Part shown: one piece after another, positions 1 to 12,599 of the stretch
Numbering within the stretch: position 1 is the stretch's first letter
How the letters are laid out: each line of letters opens with the position of its first letter
DNA from: Phoronis australis
Taxonomy: Eukaryota > Animalia > Phoronida
NCBI GenBank assembly: GCA_002633005.1
Contig: NMRA01001147.1
Coordinates: 1 to 33,375 of the forward strand
DNA: 33,375 nt
Direction of reading: 5' to 3'
Translations under genes and position numbers: made by a program
Notes under the pieces: model-generated
The model's database searches: none
What the model was told of the DNA's origin: nothing
What the model saw: only the letters and a program-made list of their open reading frames with translations

Positions 1-727
1 TCGACCTTGACAAAAGACGCGTCGCGATCAGAGTCGCTCCTAAATATCAAAAATACTTGTTTACAAATATTGCAATGAGGTGTGACGGTACACGCCAGAC
101 TCAGAGGGCAGGACGTACTGATAGGCTGGAATAAATATACCAGGAAGCCGCGAATACAATGTTAGGAATAGACCGTGAAACGGGTGATTGTCGAGAGGCA
201 ATTTTTACATGCGCTAACTGCGCTCCGAAGCTACGTGTTGTTTTCATTAAAACAAAACACGTGGAGATGAGGTAAAAGATCGTGGGCTGTGGCAATGCAA
301 AGGGGAATATTAAAAATGCGAATTGTATAAGTCGAGAAACTATTACTAGTGGGTGGCAACTGAACGTGTTACAGGTCACAGATCAGTGCAGAAGGAGCCG
401 CATAACAGCTTTGTTCAAAATTAATGCATTTCAGGTTTACAGCTGCAATTCGTAAACACTCGGGCTACTTTTAGAGACTTTACGGCACAGAACGTTTACA
501 AGCTGATGGTAATATTACAGACAAATTAATTCTCGATATCCATGGATGGACCAGATGGGTGTGTGTTACAGCGCATTTGCTCTGGTGTTCCGTGCATTCA
601 AACATCTGGCGAAGATTAAAATTTCCATCGTAAAATAAATACCACATCACAGTCTTCGACCGTGAAAGGATTGAGCAGTAACAGTGTCTGCTGAATTTTA
701 AGCTTGTGGTCTGGAAATATTACTTAC

Positions 728-774
728 CATGCGAACACAGCGGCCACAAGGGAGAGGAGGATAACACACTTCAT
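728..774 (-). CDS. Putative signal-peptide-coding exon (MKCVILLSLVAAVFA) of an unidentified secreted protein
   Basis: The minus strand reads ttttgtttcag|ctacagtcATGAAGTGTGTTATCCTCCTCTCCCTTGTGGCCGCTGTGTTCGCATG|gtaagt. This gives a good acceptor at 783, an ATG at 774, a Lys-hydrophobic-VFA pattern and a consensus donor at 727. No downstream exon was identified. Confidence 0.45.
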
Positions 775-2408
775 GACTGTAGCTGAAACAAAAGGCAAGT
801 TGTGCACAATTATGTTTCCAAAATGAGAGTTCAATACGCGTTTTAGATTCAGACAAACAGCCCTGCTTAAGATTTAAAGTCTATGCGACATTGTGCTACT
901 AGCTAGACAGTTATCTTGCAGGTTTTTCGCTTTGTAGTGAAAGCTTCGACTAAGGTGTGGCAGAGATTAGAATCGGGAAGAAACTGTCTTGCTCCGCGTT
1001 TTTGTGCAGAAGTTTCTCTGGAACGCGATTAACAGCCTTAATTGTACGGAAAGCGATTCTCTTAGGGTTTGCTTGAAAAGATAATTAATTTCTGTTGATA
1101 TCAAAGCATTTCTTTTAGTGTCAAATTTATAAAAATAATCTGTCAACTGTTCGCCACTTCAATCTTTGATTGTTTCTCCTACAAGCCAAAGAACGTCTCT
1201 TGGTTTGGTATGAAAAGACATACACAGCTGCTATCCTTTTTATATGAAAAATGTGACCTTTGACCTCAAGGAACCGACTATGAGCGCATACGCACATTTA
1301 TCATAAGAGGGGGGGTTAGAAACTCTGTGGTAACCCACATTTTTTCTTTCATGCATATTATAAAAATGTAATTTTTGCCATTTTTCTTGCAATATCCCCA
1401 CAGGGGAATGTGATTTACTCTGTACTGCACGTTGCGAGATGGTACTTTCGTTAGGAGCTGTTTAAATATAATTTTGACGAGCTTTCGCAGTCCATGCCTC
1501 TTTAATGTGCGCCGATCCCCAGTTGACCGGGGCTTCCTTGCAGTGAAAGCAAGTGACATCACGTGCAACGATTGAAATATACATGTGTGGCACTTTACCG
1601 TAAAATCTGGCCAACATACTCTAACGGGCTTTTAGGTTAATTTAATTTTCATTGGCAAAACGAAAATTGAAAAAATTACCTTTGTCAAATCTGATTTCTG
1701 AATGGAAAACAAAAATTGAAAAACATGTTTGAAGTTCCATTTCCAGTATAAAAAATTGAATATCCGAGTATCGGTCAATAAAAACACAATTACCACGAAT
1801 TCAATTAACGTGGTGGATTGGCCTTAATGAACGCGTAGATTAAAAGAGTCTGCATTCCTAAAACCGCGTTGAGGTAGTGACGTTGTAAAATACTTTCTAA
1901 ACTCTATTACACCAACCTCAATACATGTACAGCGTTTCTGTTGGTCATTTCTCCAGCTACATGTATCTTCAGGTCAGGTTGCAGTGTTCGTAGAGCGAGC
2001 ACGGTAAGATGGTACGCGCATGCCATGGTGACTAATTAGGAGCACGTTTTGGTACATTTCCCACCGGAAAACGTGGTTGAACGCGAACCCCACGATTGTG
2101 CTACATGCACGTGCTGTTTCTTTTAAGTGCACGCTAACCCCTAAAGATAGGAGAAAAACTACAAACCGAATCTCACTCACACCAATGTGAAATACATAAA
2201 CTCTAGGTCGGTGCAAGTAAACCAATATGTTTCAGGACTGATGTGGGGAAAAGGGTTTGTCCTTAGACTCATCCAGCCAAGGGGTTCAGAACTCAGATTG
2301 TACAACCTTCCTCCAAGAAGTCTGGCTTTTCTCATGACTACATGTCTTTCTCAAGCAACGCAATTCAGTCGTTACCAGCACCGCATTGGTTACGTAGAAT
2401 GTGGACTG

Positions 2409-2558
2409 CAGATGCGGATTTAGAGTAGGGCCAAGGGGCCATGCCCCCCTAAAATTCTAAGATTCCAATTGGCAGTTCGGGTGCGAATGTCTGAAGGTTT
2501 AAATACTGGCTAATACTCTGCATGCCCCACCTAACTCAAAATCCTGGATCCGCCTCTG
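2409..2558. mobile_element. Short MITE-like element, hAT-like ends
   Basis: The left end CAGATGCGGATTTAG matches the reverse complement of the right end, CAGAGGCGGATCCAG, with 3 mismatches. There is no clean 8-bp TSD. Confidence 0.4.
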
Positions 2559-3889
2559 GGCTGCATAGCATGAACAGGTTTGATACATCGTATCAAGTGT
2601 GTACCACATACAAGTATTTACAACTCGGCGTGCTTGCAGTTAGAACGTGAAAAGTTGCGGTACGTGAGAAACGAAATGTGTAACCAAGAGTGGGATTGAG
2701 GTACTTGATAAAAACACATCTCGTGAAAAACAGAACTGTATTGAAGAGTGCATGTAAATAAGCCTGCAGATAAATCCGTATCTTTGGTCTGATTGAGGAA
2801 AAGAGATTTCTACATTGAAACAGATACGACAGAAAAGTGCTAAAATTCAACAGCAATTCCGGATTATAAAAAATATGCTACATGTTTAGGACTCACACAA
2901 AATAGTGTCCTAGTCCAGTAGTTAAATGACCCTCACTCAGTTGTGTCTACAACGCCGATCGGAGTAGTGGTGAAAATTACGGCGATCGGGGAGCTTCGGA
3001 TAGTGTGTCCATGAAAAGAATTCTACGTTGACACTCTCACAGGGTGAGATTGAGCAACTCGACCGCGAAGTATTCAACAATGTGAAGACGCCATGCAATT
3101 GTTGACACTGATATTGTCCCCTAGATAAAAATAGGGGCAGCAAAAGTATTTTTTAAGTTTTCCTTTTTTTGAAAGTTTTTAAATAGCAAACTTGCATAAT
3201 TCGTGAATATTACAGTCACGTGGATATGTTTTTGAATGTTGAAAATCGGACAATAAATGTGATGAGTTTTACCACCTAATCTTTTGTACAATGTTGCCAA
3301 ATTATGCTTCTCATTAACTCTTCTAGGGTGCAGCAAAATATCAGCAGACAGAAGTTGGATTTTGAGATGCGCCGAGTGTCAGGGTACAATTCTTGACATG
3401 GAGGGGGAGCAGCAACAGTTCTGACGACCAGGAAAGGTTCAAATTACTAAGGCTTCCAAATACCATATCTTAGGGACCTTCAAGAGGCCAAAGTCCACCA
3501 CTGGACAATAAAATAACCTATCATACAAAGTACAATAAACACTAGGCAAGAATATATTTCATCGCCGGCCATATTTCTCTTTATATAGCATTCTTTCAGT
3601 AGAATCTTCCAAGATACAATGTGTGCTCTTTCCGATTAAGGTAGTTATGCAGTTAATTAAAAGAGTTGCTCAAATAACGGAGACTACCCGATAACGTCTC
3701 TCTTTTTCAAATGGAGATAGTCTAGTATACAGTTGTTCAAGGGATTGGATTAGAAAACTTACCTGGAGAAACTTGTTTAAGAGTGGGATATCAACGTACG
3801 TGTCCCGTATTTATATAGTGTGGGAGTGACAGCAGTTAATGCAAACGACACACGTCTCCTGCAGGGACAGGGTGATAGCAAACATACAG

Positions 3890-4495
3890 TAGCACCAGCA
3901 ACTGGCTCACAACTTGAGAGACACAGAACACGCATTTCAACTAATTCAACTATGCCCAGTAATCACTACGCTACCTGCTGGCAGACAGTTAAAGTACATG
4001 ACGCCAGCAAAAGGCTCACCAGGCTCACAACTTGAGAGACACAGAACAAGCATTTCAACTATTTCAGCTATTCCCCAGTAAACATGCAGGCCGTACTGGG
4101 GCAATACTGACCCTGGACTGTCTTCTGTATTGGCCCAGTGATGAAGGCCAGTACTGGCCCAATAACATTTTGCACACCCGCTGGGTATTGCGCCACTAGT
4201 GTAAGATTACGATATCGGGCCATTAAGGGGCCAATAAAATTGGTGGAATTAGTTGAATTAGTTGATATCCCAGGGCTGGATAGGTTGAGAAGTCTTGGGA
4301 TTAGTTGGATTCAATTCAAGTATTCCTAATATTCGCTGCACCACCTGTGGACAGGTAGAAAACTTACATGACGTCATCCACAGGCTCATAATTATAGAGA
4401 CACCAATCGCGCATTTCATCTAATTCAACTATTCCCACTAATCGCTGCGCCACCTGAAGGGGCAGTTTGATAACAAACATGATGTCAGCAACAGG
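3890..4495. repeat. Degenerate ~110-120 bp repeat array with inverted sub-motifs
   Basis: The motif ggctcacaacttgagagacacagaa...gcatttcaacta.ttca.ctat occurs at 3904 and 4022 (period 118), with a diverged copy at 4383. An inverted aattagttgaattagttga lies near 4247-4265. Confidence 0.6.
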
Positions 4496-7400
4496 TATGC
4501 ATCAGTGGTGATGGCAGGATAAGTTGAGATAAGTTGGGATAACTTGGATACAACTAAACATTCTGATATGTATGTTGTATTTGGGGTAAATACATACAAA
4601 TAAATCTATATACAATTATTGTACACAAATATATAAATTAAAAAACTCGTTCATCCAAGGGGAAAGCTGTCTGTGCCTTCTGAAAGTGGAGTTTTTCGCC
4701 GAGTGAGGGGGAAATTCTACCTCCCGATCACCACCAATAACACCCCCGCTCTGTAGCTAGCTCTCATAGGCATTGTCTCAAGAAGCATTTTGTGCCCTTT
4801 CAAATTGTTACCTGTGCGGGTTACAAGTGATTTGAACTTCGAGGGGAAATTTTCAATTACTTTAGGGGAGTTTTTAGGTCTCGTGAGGGGAATTTCTCGT
4901 GATCTTTCAATATTTTTGAGACAGGAATAGGGCCAATGTTTTGTCCCAAAATCGACGGATTGATGGCCTAGTCCTTTTCGGAGAGAAATACGTCGTGTTT
5001 CAACCCGTAGTCATGAAAACACAGCCCGACTGGCCGAAGATTAACAGGTCGTTGCTATGATGCTGGGCAACTGAAATGCGACAAAATGTCGTCTTACAAT
5101 CTTCTTCTACACAGATGCTGTCTAAACTGACGTGCCCATTAAAGGGACATGATTATCGAAGGCAACAGATCAACTGACTTCCAGATCCGAGTCAGTGCGC
5201 CGGTCTTAGTATGAAACCTTCCAACCCTCCATTTCCGTCACCGGCTGCGAAACTGTCCGCTGACGGGCCACAGTGCCTCTTCGAGTAAGTTTTAACCCTG
5301 TATCTATTTAACTGGTGGAGTCTTGACTTCAACAAATGTCTAGTGGCACTTGATAACAGCTGTGAATTGGTGCCAAATGAGCTATGCCGTGTTTTCTTGT
5401 TCAATCAGTCAAAGCTTATGTATATTTTCAAGGAGATCATCCCATCCAATGAACAATCCCAAAATGCGTTTTTGGCCGTAAACACCTTGTTAACTGCTTC
5501 CGTGGGTCTAGCTTGACGAGGCCAATAACGGAGGTAACTTGGTAATGGCAACAGCGCAGTGACATTCACCCCAAAAGAGTGAGGGTAAGTGCTGGCACAA
5601 ACCGTTGCCGAGTAACATACAGCAATACCGATTTCATTATGGCGAGTATACATGTATTTTTGTCGGGGCCTCTCCCCTGATCGATTAAAACCAAATCATT
5701 TTCAAGAACTGTCCCGATTGCTTCCCCAGGTGGGGGACAGCGTGAAACGTGACTGAAGAACACCAGAGGTTAGAATCTGGAACGCCAAGTTTACCTTTTC
5801 TTTTCGGAATCGTTGTATTTTAATATTTCCTGTTATTTCAATCGTGTGCATGTGGGCTCTAATCCAAGAGTTTACGATAAGCAAGTCTCCAGGTTTCAAG
5901 ACCGTACCATAGATAAGTGTAGCGTTACGTTTTACTGGTGTCGCCAGTAAGATATACACGTATGGGGAGACGACACGACACTGCTCGCAAGCCAGACAGT
6001 GCGTGACACGCGGTCCGCCATATTGGTGATGAACGATACGTACAATGTAAACAAGAGCACGGTGGCCTTATGGAAGCCGGGAAATTTTCACAATAAAATT
6101 TGAAATTTTACATACTAACGAGGTATTACTATATTGGTAACATAAAGCAATGTAAACACGTGACCCACTCATTGTTTAAACAGCCATATACATGTAAGCC
6201 ATTGTACGCACAAAATCTCAAATGTTTTGGCTGAAATTCTCATGGAGTGCTGCTAGGGCCTTGGAGCTTTTGCCGGCTCAGTCGAAAAGACAATAACTGA
6301 ACAGTAGGCATTTTATAAAGTGTGGAAAATATTTCCTTTAATTAAACTAAGTGGGAATACACAGTCATACTTTTTCGTCGTTATAATTGTATAGAACCTA
6401 TTTTTCAGTTCTTTATAAACCGACAAGACGATCAGCTGCCAAGGTGGCCGCTCTCTGGCGCGCGCTATTAAATCACTGCATTCCCAAAGTTTTTAGTCTG
6501 GGCTTATTTTTGTCAGCGTTGGATCATCTCGTAGGTCTACAATAAGAATAGTTCCAAAGGGCTCACTCAGCTAAATTTGATGATGTTTCCTCGACCTCGA
6601 CTAGTTTAACGGAAATTTGGAACACCACTGCTTGGGCTGTCCGAAGCCGGGGGTTGAAGTTTGCATTTGCATGGACCCAATTTCCTAAAGGGTGATGGGA
6701 ATTGTCTACTTCAGGTTATACCAAGGAACAATAATTGCATCGATATGCAGGCGTATTATTCAGAAATAAAACGCATCATGTGAGGGGTGCTGAGGTGTCT
6801 CTAAAAAATGTTGCTTCAGTAATTCGCTACGTTTTTTTAACTATCTGGTATTACTTGTTCTAGTACCTAATTCATCTTAGCATGGTGAACATGTAGTTTG
6901 TACAATTTGAAAGTACATTGTCTCACCACTACGACTGCAATACATATATATAGACGGATTTAGAGCTTTAAAAATCCGTTTGAAATATTAGTTTTTATAC
7001 AAATCAATGTCAGTACCCCTTGGATCCGACCATGATGTGAGGAATCGCTCACACCTTGATCTGATTGGTCATCCAGACGGAAGAAGGACAACAAAAATGT
7101 TCACACTTTCAAAAACATCACACTGAGATACGGTAACCATTTCAAACAATAAAGTTTTGATTTATTGCAAAACATCACCATCACGCAATAAAAACACACC
7201 GTGACATAAATGAGACATGTTTAGCTGGTACAAAGATACTGTACTGGTACACGCACTCCACTTCAGCAAAAGTCAGATTTCAACCAACTCTAATTTAATT
7301 CCTCGATTCAATTGGATCCGACTTTCACTGGCATATAATTCTATTACTAGTACATTTATATTGACAACACACAGCCACAAAATGTACATGACAAAAGTCA

Positions 7401-8318
7401 ATGGTCATAAATTCTACCTGCTACATGTATGTCCTACATGCAGCATACCCAGGCATAATTCACTGTAAGTACCGGAAGAGCATAACAGGACAGACTATAA
7501 CAAATGATGGTTTTCATCAAGTAAGACAGTTGCAGATTGGAATAGCTTGCCAGCCTACATAACATTTGTCTCTTGAAATATACAGAAGCAACCCATATAC
7601 CCTTCCAATATTACACTGCATACATGCATCCAAGGGGCGAAGTGGGCATAAAGCTCCGCCTTAGAGAAACAAAAAATCCGAGAGAAAACGAGAGAAAATA
7701 CACTGAAAGGCAATAATTCGGAAAAAAGCACAATCCGTAGCTTTGAACGCACCCCGTTTTTTAAGTAAAAGGTGCACATCCTCAAAAATTCGAGCCCCCT
7801 ATACTTGAGGCAGGGTGCGTGGATGCATTGTGGGGTGTAGCGTTCTTGGGGCACCCTGTCCTTCCTGCCCTATTCCTAATGACCTGAGTATATTAATAAA
7901 TCTTTGAAGTGTTGTCCCCTTTTTGTGTTTCTTCGTTGCTAGAAAGCAACCCCATATCGTGGAGCGAATAAGGTCACTAAACTCTTCGAAGACAGAACGG
8001 ACTAAGAAGCAAAGTCAAGTAGAAGACCATGAAACATCGACTTAAGTGGGTGTCTGAGAGACCAAATGAAGTTGAACAATTGTTTCTGCGATCGGGATTC
8101 GCCCCCGCAAAACCATTTTACTTCAGTTTCAATTTTTAAACTTCAAAAGACAAAAAAAACTATAGCATTGGTTCTGGGTCTAATGTTTATACTGGAAATC
8201 AAACTTTATTTTTGATGTTTTCCTCAATACTTTAACACAAACGAAGAAACAACCCCCTGGCATTTGAACCTGTATTGTATTTGATTGTTGGCAATGTGCG
8301 GTATTACAAAGAGGCAAA

Positions 8319-10096
8319 GCTTGACGTTAAGTGTTCTGTGCCAGTTGCTTGAAACAGTCCCAACTCATCTAAGTTCCCTTTAACTACTGTTTATCTAAGG
8401 GTTTGCGAAAACACTGATTGTCCTTTCTTATGATGTCTGAGTCTCATTACTAACTCTATTTTTGGCTTTGATGCAAATCGAGAGTAAACTCTACGTTGAA
8501 TTCTCAATGGGAATGAAATAGTAATGTTTTCGTGCCCCAACCCTTACGCACGGACTAAGTTCCTAATTATTATGACTCAGTTAAGGGGTAAGATTTTAGT
8601 TATATTATCATTAGTCAAAGAGGAGTTCACAATAACGAATAAAGTGATAGAAAACTTAAGGGTAACGTCTTTGTCTAAGGAACGAAAGAAATACGCAAAA
8701 GATTCAGGGAACCTTATTGAATCCCTATTTGTGACCGTTTCATGCAAGGCCCCGGAAAAATGGGAGGTGTCTGGGTAGCTAGTTTACGGTTTTTATTAAA
8801 TTTTCCCCTGACGATTTGCAATGGACTCAGTGCAGGGTTTGGAAAGAACATGTACGCATGTACGATACATCGAAGAGGAAGACCTGCAGAACGAAGTGGC
8901 TAGTTAATGTGTTTGAGTACACGTAGGCCTAAGTGCCGGGCAAGTCGCGTTGTTAGGCCAGTGCATTTAATTTCCACGCTTATGTAAAATTTTGAATACA
9001 CGTTCAGTCTTATGGTAACATATATAACGCGAGTGGTACAGTTAAGAACATGGAACTACTAATGTCGTTGACAAAGAACAGTATGCGCCCCACAATACGG
9101 CATCGTGCGAAGGACGACAACTTTGCCGTCCTTTTGCACAAGGAACACACGAGCAAATGCCCCGTTACCAAGAAGGAATGGTTTCCTGTGGTAATACGCG
9201 TATTTATATTTGCTGTAATCTGGAACTACGTTCTCGAGTATAAATGCACAAGGCTGTTCTTCTGAGCTTATCTCGATGTCTTGTGATTGCAGTTTTGGTG
9301 CTGGTGACAACGTTGCAGGACTGCGAACTCGCTGTTTAATAAGCATGAAAAATTTGTCTTCTATTGCTTGGTCACCGTCGGGAAGTTGGCTTGTTTTCTT
9401 GGCATTCTCATCGCGCGTTTTATTTTTAAGGTGAAATGTCTTGACATAACCTTTAGAGCGCAATACCCTAGATGCGTTTGCACCTATGTTTCTAGTTGTC
9501 ATCTGTTTTCGTGCATTCTCTAGTTGACCTGAAGACACGGTGTTCGTGTTTTTCTTCGCGGGAAAAGAGCTTCTTTTACTGCTATACAAGTGGACAAGGG
9601 ACGCCTTGGGTTTTAACATCAATTTATTTTCTCCCTTATTTTGTGTCCTCGGGTTGGACTCCCGCTTGGTATTGTTAACAATAGTAGTACCACGCTTATG
9701 AGCCATTTGGAATCTAAAAAGACAGTTTGTAAGTTATATAAAGAGATTGAAGAGGCTGGTTGTAAACGTACGTGTGGGATACACCTATGTTGAGCTAACA
9801 ACTATCGGAGTCCCATACATACTCCAGCATTACGGAAATGCCAGTGTTGTCACAACATTTCAAGGGTTGGGACTTCAGGTTTCAGGTGCCTCAAGTACAC
9901 GTTCTGTATTTCATAACACAAACTTTTCTCTCTTCCTGTCCCTCAGCGCGTGTGACACAACCAGATCGTCTAGACTTACTGAATTTCGTAAGTGTGACGT
10001 CACACTATTCAAGTCTGGGTAGAGTTCAGTCTTGGGGATAGAAATAAAGGTTTCCAAATCGTGTGTTCTGGTTTAAAATACACAGCAGTATCTCGC
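8319..10096. repeat. Copy A of the kinase-locus duplication (1778 bp; lacks 731 bp relative to copy B)
   Basis: Near-identical to 10485-12989. The 727-bp length difference equals the 731-bp deletion plus a 1-bp indel minus a 5-bp indel. Confidence 0.95.
9059..9706 (-). pseudogene. Truncated allele/copy of the atypical kinase (residues 1-195 plus 20 unrelated residues)
   Basis: Identical to the 404-aa ORF up to QKDGK except D181N. The junction gacaa|ctttg at 9120/9121 removes the catalytic Lys, catalytic loop, DFG and stop. Confidence 0.85.
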
Positions 10097-11384
10097 GTAA
10101 TCTCGCGAACTCTTACTTTTTAGCTAGGTCCTAGCGTTATTGAACTCTACATGTACCCTGGTCTGCCAACTGTGACTTGTTACAACTTTCGAAAAATTCG
10201 TCAGTATATGTACATTAGATTTGTCTCATATTATCATAAATTAATAGATCCTCTGATTTTAATTTGATTGCGCGAAGTATCGAAATGCTCTTATTTCCGA
10301 AGACCCGAGTCTAGCGATCAGTGAAGACAGGTGAAGTTAGAGTAGAGCAATTCAATCCCATCTTTCGATGACGTCACCACTCAGTTGCCTCCTCCACGAC
10401 TTGTCAGGATTGCGGTCGCCCAATAATCCTATAATATGGATGTGTGGTACATGTAGATCATCGATGCATTAACTATTGAAACANGCTTGACGTTAAGTGT
10501 TCTGTGCCAGTTGCTTGAAACAGTCCCAACTCATCTAAGTTCCCTTTAACTACTGTTTATATAAGGGTTTGTGAAAACACTGATTGTCCTTTCTTATGAT
10601 GTCTGAGTCTCATTACTAACTCTATTTTTTGGCTTTGATGCAAATCGAGAGTAAACTCTACGTTGAATTCTTAATGGGAATGAAATAGTAATGTTTTCGT
10701 GCCCCACCCCTTACGCACGGACTAAGTTCCTAATTATTATGACTCAGTTAAGGGGTAAGATTTTAGTTATATTATCATTAGTCAAAGAGGAGTTCACAAT
10801 AACGAATAAAGTGATAGAAAAGGGTAACGTCTTTGTCTAAGGAACGAAAGAAATACGCAAAAGATTCAGGAAACCTTATTGAGTCCCTATTTGTGACGGT
10901 TTCATGCAAGGCCCCGGAAAAATGGGAGGTGTCTGGGTAGCTACTTTACGGTTTTTATTAAATGTTCCCCTGACGATTTGCAATGGACTCAGTGCAGGGT
11001 TTGGAAAGAACATGTACGCATGTACGATACATCGAAGAGGAAGACCCGCAGAACGAAGTGGCTAGTTAATGTGTTTGAGTACACGTAGGCCTAAGTGCCG
11101 GGCAAGTCGCGTTGTTAGGCCAGTGCATTTAATTTCCACGCTTATGTAAAATTTTGAATACACGTTCAGTTTTATGGTAACATATATAACGCGAGTGGTA
11201 CAGTTAAGAACATGGAACTACTAATGTCGTTGACAAAGAACAGTAGGCGCCCCACAATACGGCATCGTGCGAAGGACGACAAACGTGTACAGTTGGACAC
11301 ATCTCCATAACAGGAATAATTCTTGCTATCATCGATATGGTCGTTGAATGTCTCAGACCCATAATCGTCGTGCTCAACAGTTCT

Positions 11385-12599
11385 TCATCCGAGCTTGTGC
11401 ATTTGTTCTGCAACCTTTCGATTGAAGCATTCTTCTGTCAATGCTTCTATAACACTATCCCAAGTCACAGTTCTTCTCCTCATAAACTTTATTGATTTTT
11501 CAAAAAAATCGTGTTTGGTTAAGAAATTAAAGTGTTGCATCAGTTTACGCACACATTGGACATCTTCTGGTGCGGCATTGATGTCACAGAAATGAAGAAA
11601 AGTGCCCGAATTCCCAAAATCGATTAGATGTGCTTTAATGTTACCGCTGGACTCCAAGCTGACCATGACATTGGAACCACTGACGTCATAGAGAACTATT
11701 CCCGCTTTGTTCAGTCGAGCAATCTGCTGAACCACATCTAGAAATAGTTCAACCCACACGTGATCAGCGACCTTGTTGTCATTGGCTGGCAGAGCCTTGC
11801 AGTTTTCACCAGCGAAGTCAAGCAACGTCTGCCCATAGATTACGTCTGTAAGTAGCGCCCAAGGCTCATAGACAACATCTTCTCGGGATATGGGAAAAAA
11901 GCCGCGGAATTTTGGTCCACATTTGTGCGCATTAGCTTTTATCAGCTGTACGGCTTCTCCACTGACGTCAAACAAACTGCTGTTACCTCGTCGATAGGCT
12001 TTCAATGAATAATCTTTGCCGTCCTTTTGCACAAGGAACACACGAGCAAATGCCCCGTCACCAAGAAGGAATGGTTTCCTGTGGTAATACGCGTATTTAT
12101 ATTTGCTGTAATCTGGAACTACGTTCTCGAGTATAAATGCACAAGGCTGTTCTTCTGAGCTTATCTCGATGTCTTGTGATTGTAGTTTTGGTGCTGGTGA
12201 CAACGTTGCAGGACTGCGAACTCGCTGTTTAATAAGCATGAAAAATTTGTCTTCTATTGCTTGGTCACCGTCGGGAAGTTGGCTTGTTTTCTTGGCATTC
12301 TCATCGCGCGTTTTATTTTTAAGGTGAAATGTCTTGACATAACCTTTAGAGCGCAATACCCTAGATGCGTTTGCACCTATGTTTCTAGTTGTCATCTGTT
12401 TTCGTGCATTCTCTAGTTGACCTGAAGACACGGTGTTCGTGTTTTTCTTCGCGGGAAAAGAGCTTCTTTTACTGCTATACAAGTGGACAAGGGACGCCTT
12501 GGGTTTTAACATCAATTTATTTTCTCCCTTATTTTGTGTCCTCGGGTTGGACTCCCGCTTGGTATTGTTAACAATAGTAGTACCACGCTTATGAGCCAT
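11385..12599 (-). CDS. Intronless atypical protein kinase-like protein, 404 aa (basic low-complexity N-terminus, minimal RIO/Bud32-like kinase domain)
   Basis: Motifs occur in order: Gly loop LGDGAFARV, beta3 Lys K200 (YSLK), alphaC Glu E215, catalytic loop IVLYDVSGSNVMV (D305, N310) and LIDFGNS (D327). Only 77 residues follow the DFG Asp. A candidate acceptor ctgtctttttag lies 7 nt upstream of the ATG, and a minus-strand AATAAA lies at 10954-10959. Confidence 0.88.
   Translation of the reverse strand: MAHKRGTTIVNNTKRESNPRTQNKGENKLMLKPKASLVHLYSSKRSSFPAKKNTNTVSSGQLENARKQMTTRNIGANASRVLRSKGYVKTFHLKNKTRDENAKKTSQLPDGDQAIEDKFFMLIKQRVRSPATLSPAPKLQSQDIEISSEEQPCAFILENVVPDYSKYKYAYYHRKPFLLGDGAFARVFLVQKDGKDYSLKAYRRGNSSLFDVSGEAVQLIKANAHKCGPKFRGFFPISREDVVYEPWALLTDVIYGQTLLDFAGENCKALPANDNKVADHVWVELFLDVVQQIARLNKAGIVLYDVSGSNVMVSLESSGNIKAHLIDFGNSGTFLHFCDINAAPEDVQCVRKLMQHFNFLTKHDFFEKSIKFMRRRTVTWDSVIEALTEECFNRKVAEQMHKLG

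Noticed and set aside
101-379. 92-aa hydrophobic minus-strand ORF
   Set aside because: It has a non-ATG start, no recognisable family and no splice sites linking it to the signal-peptide exon.
7625-7828. ATGCATCCA...TGGATGCAT inverted repeat as a MITE
   Set aside because: Only 9 bp match and there is no TSD; this is insufficient without other copies.
8085-8110. tRNA gene or SINE B-box (gggattcg)
   Set aside because: Partial motif only, with no cloverleaf or A-box.
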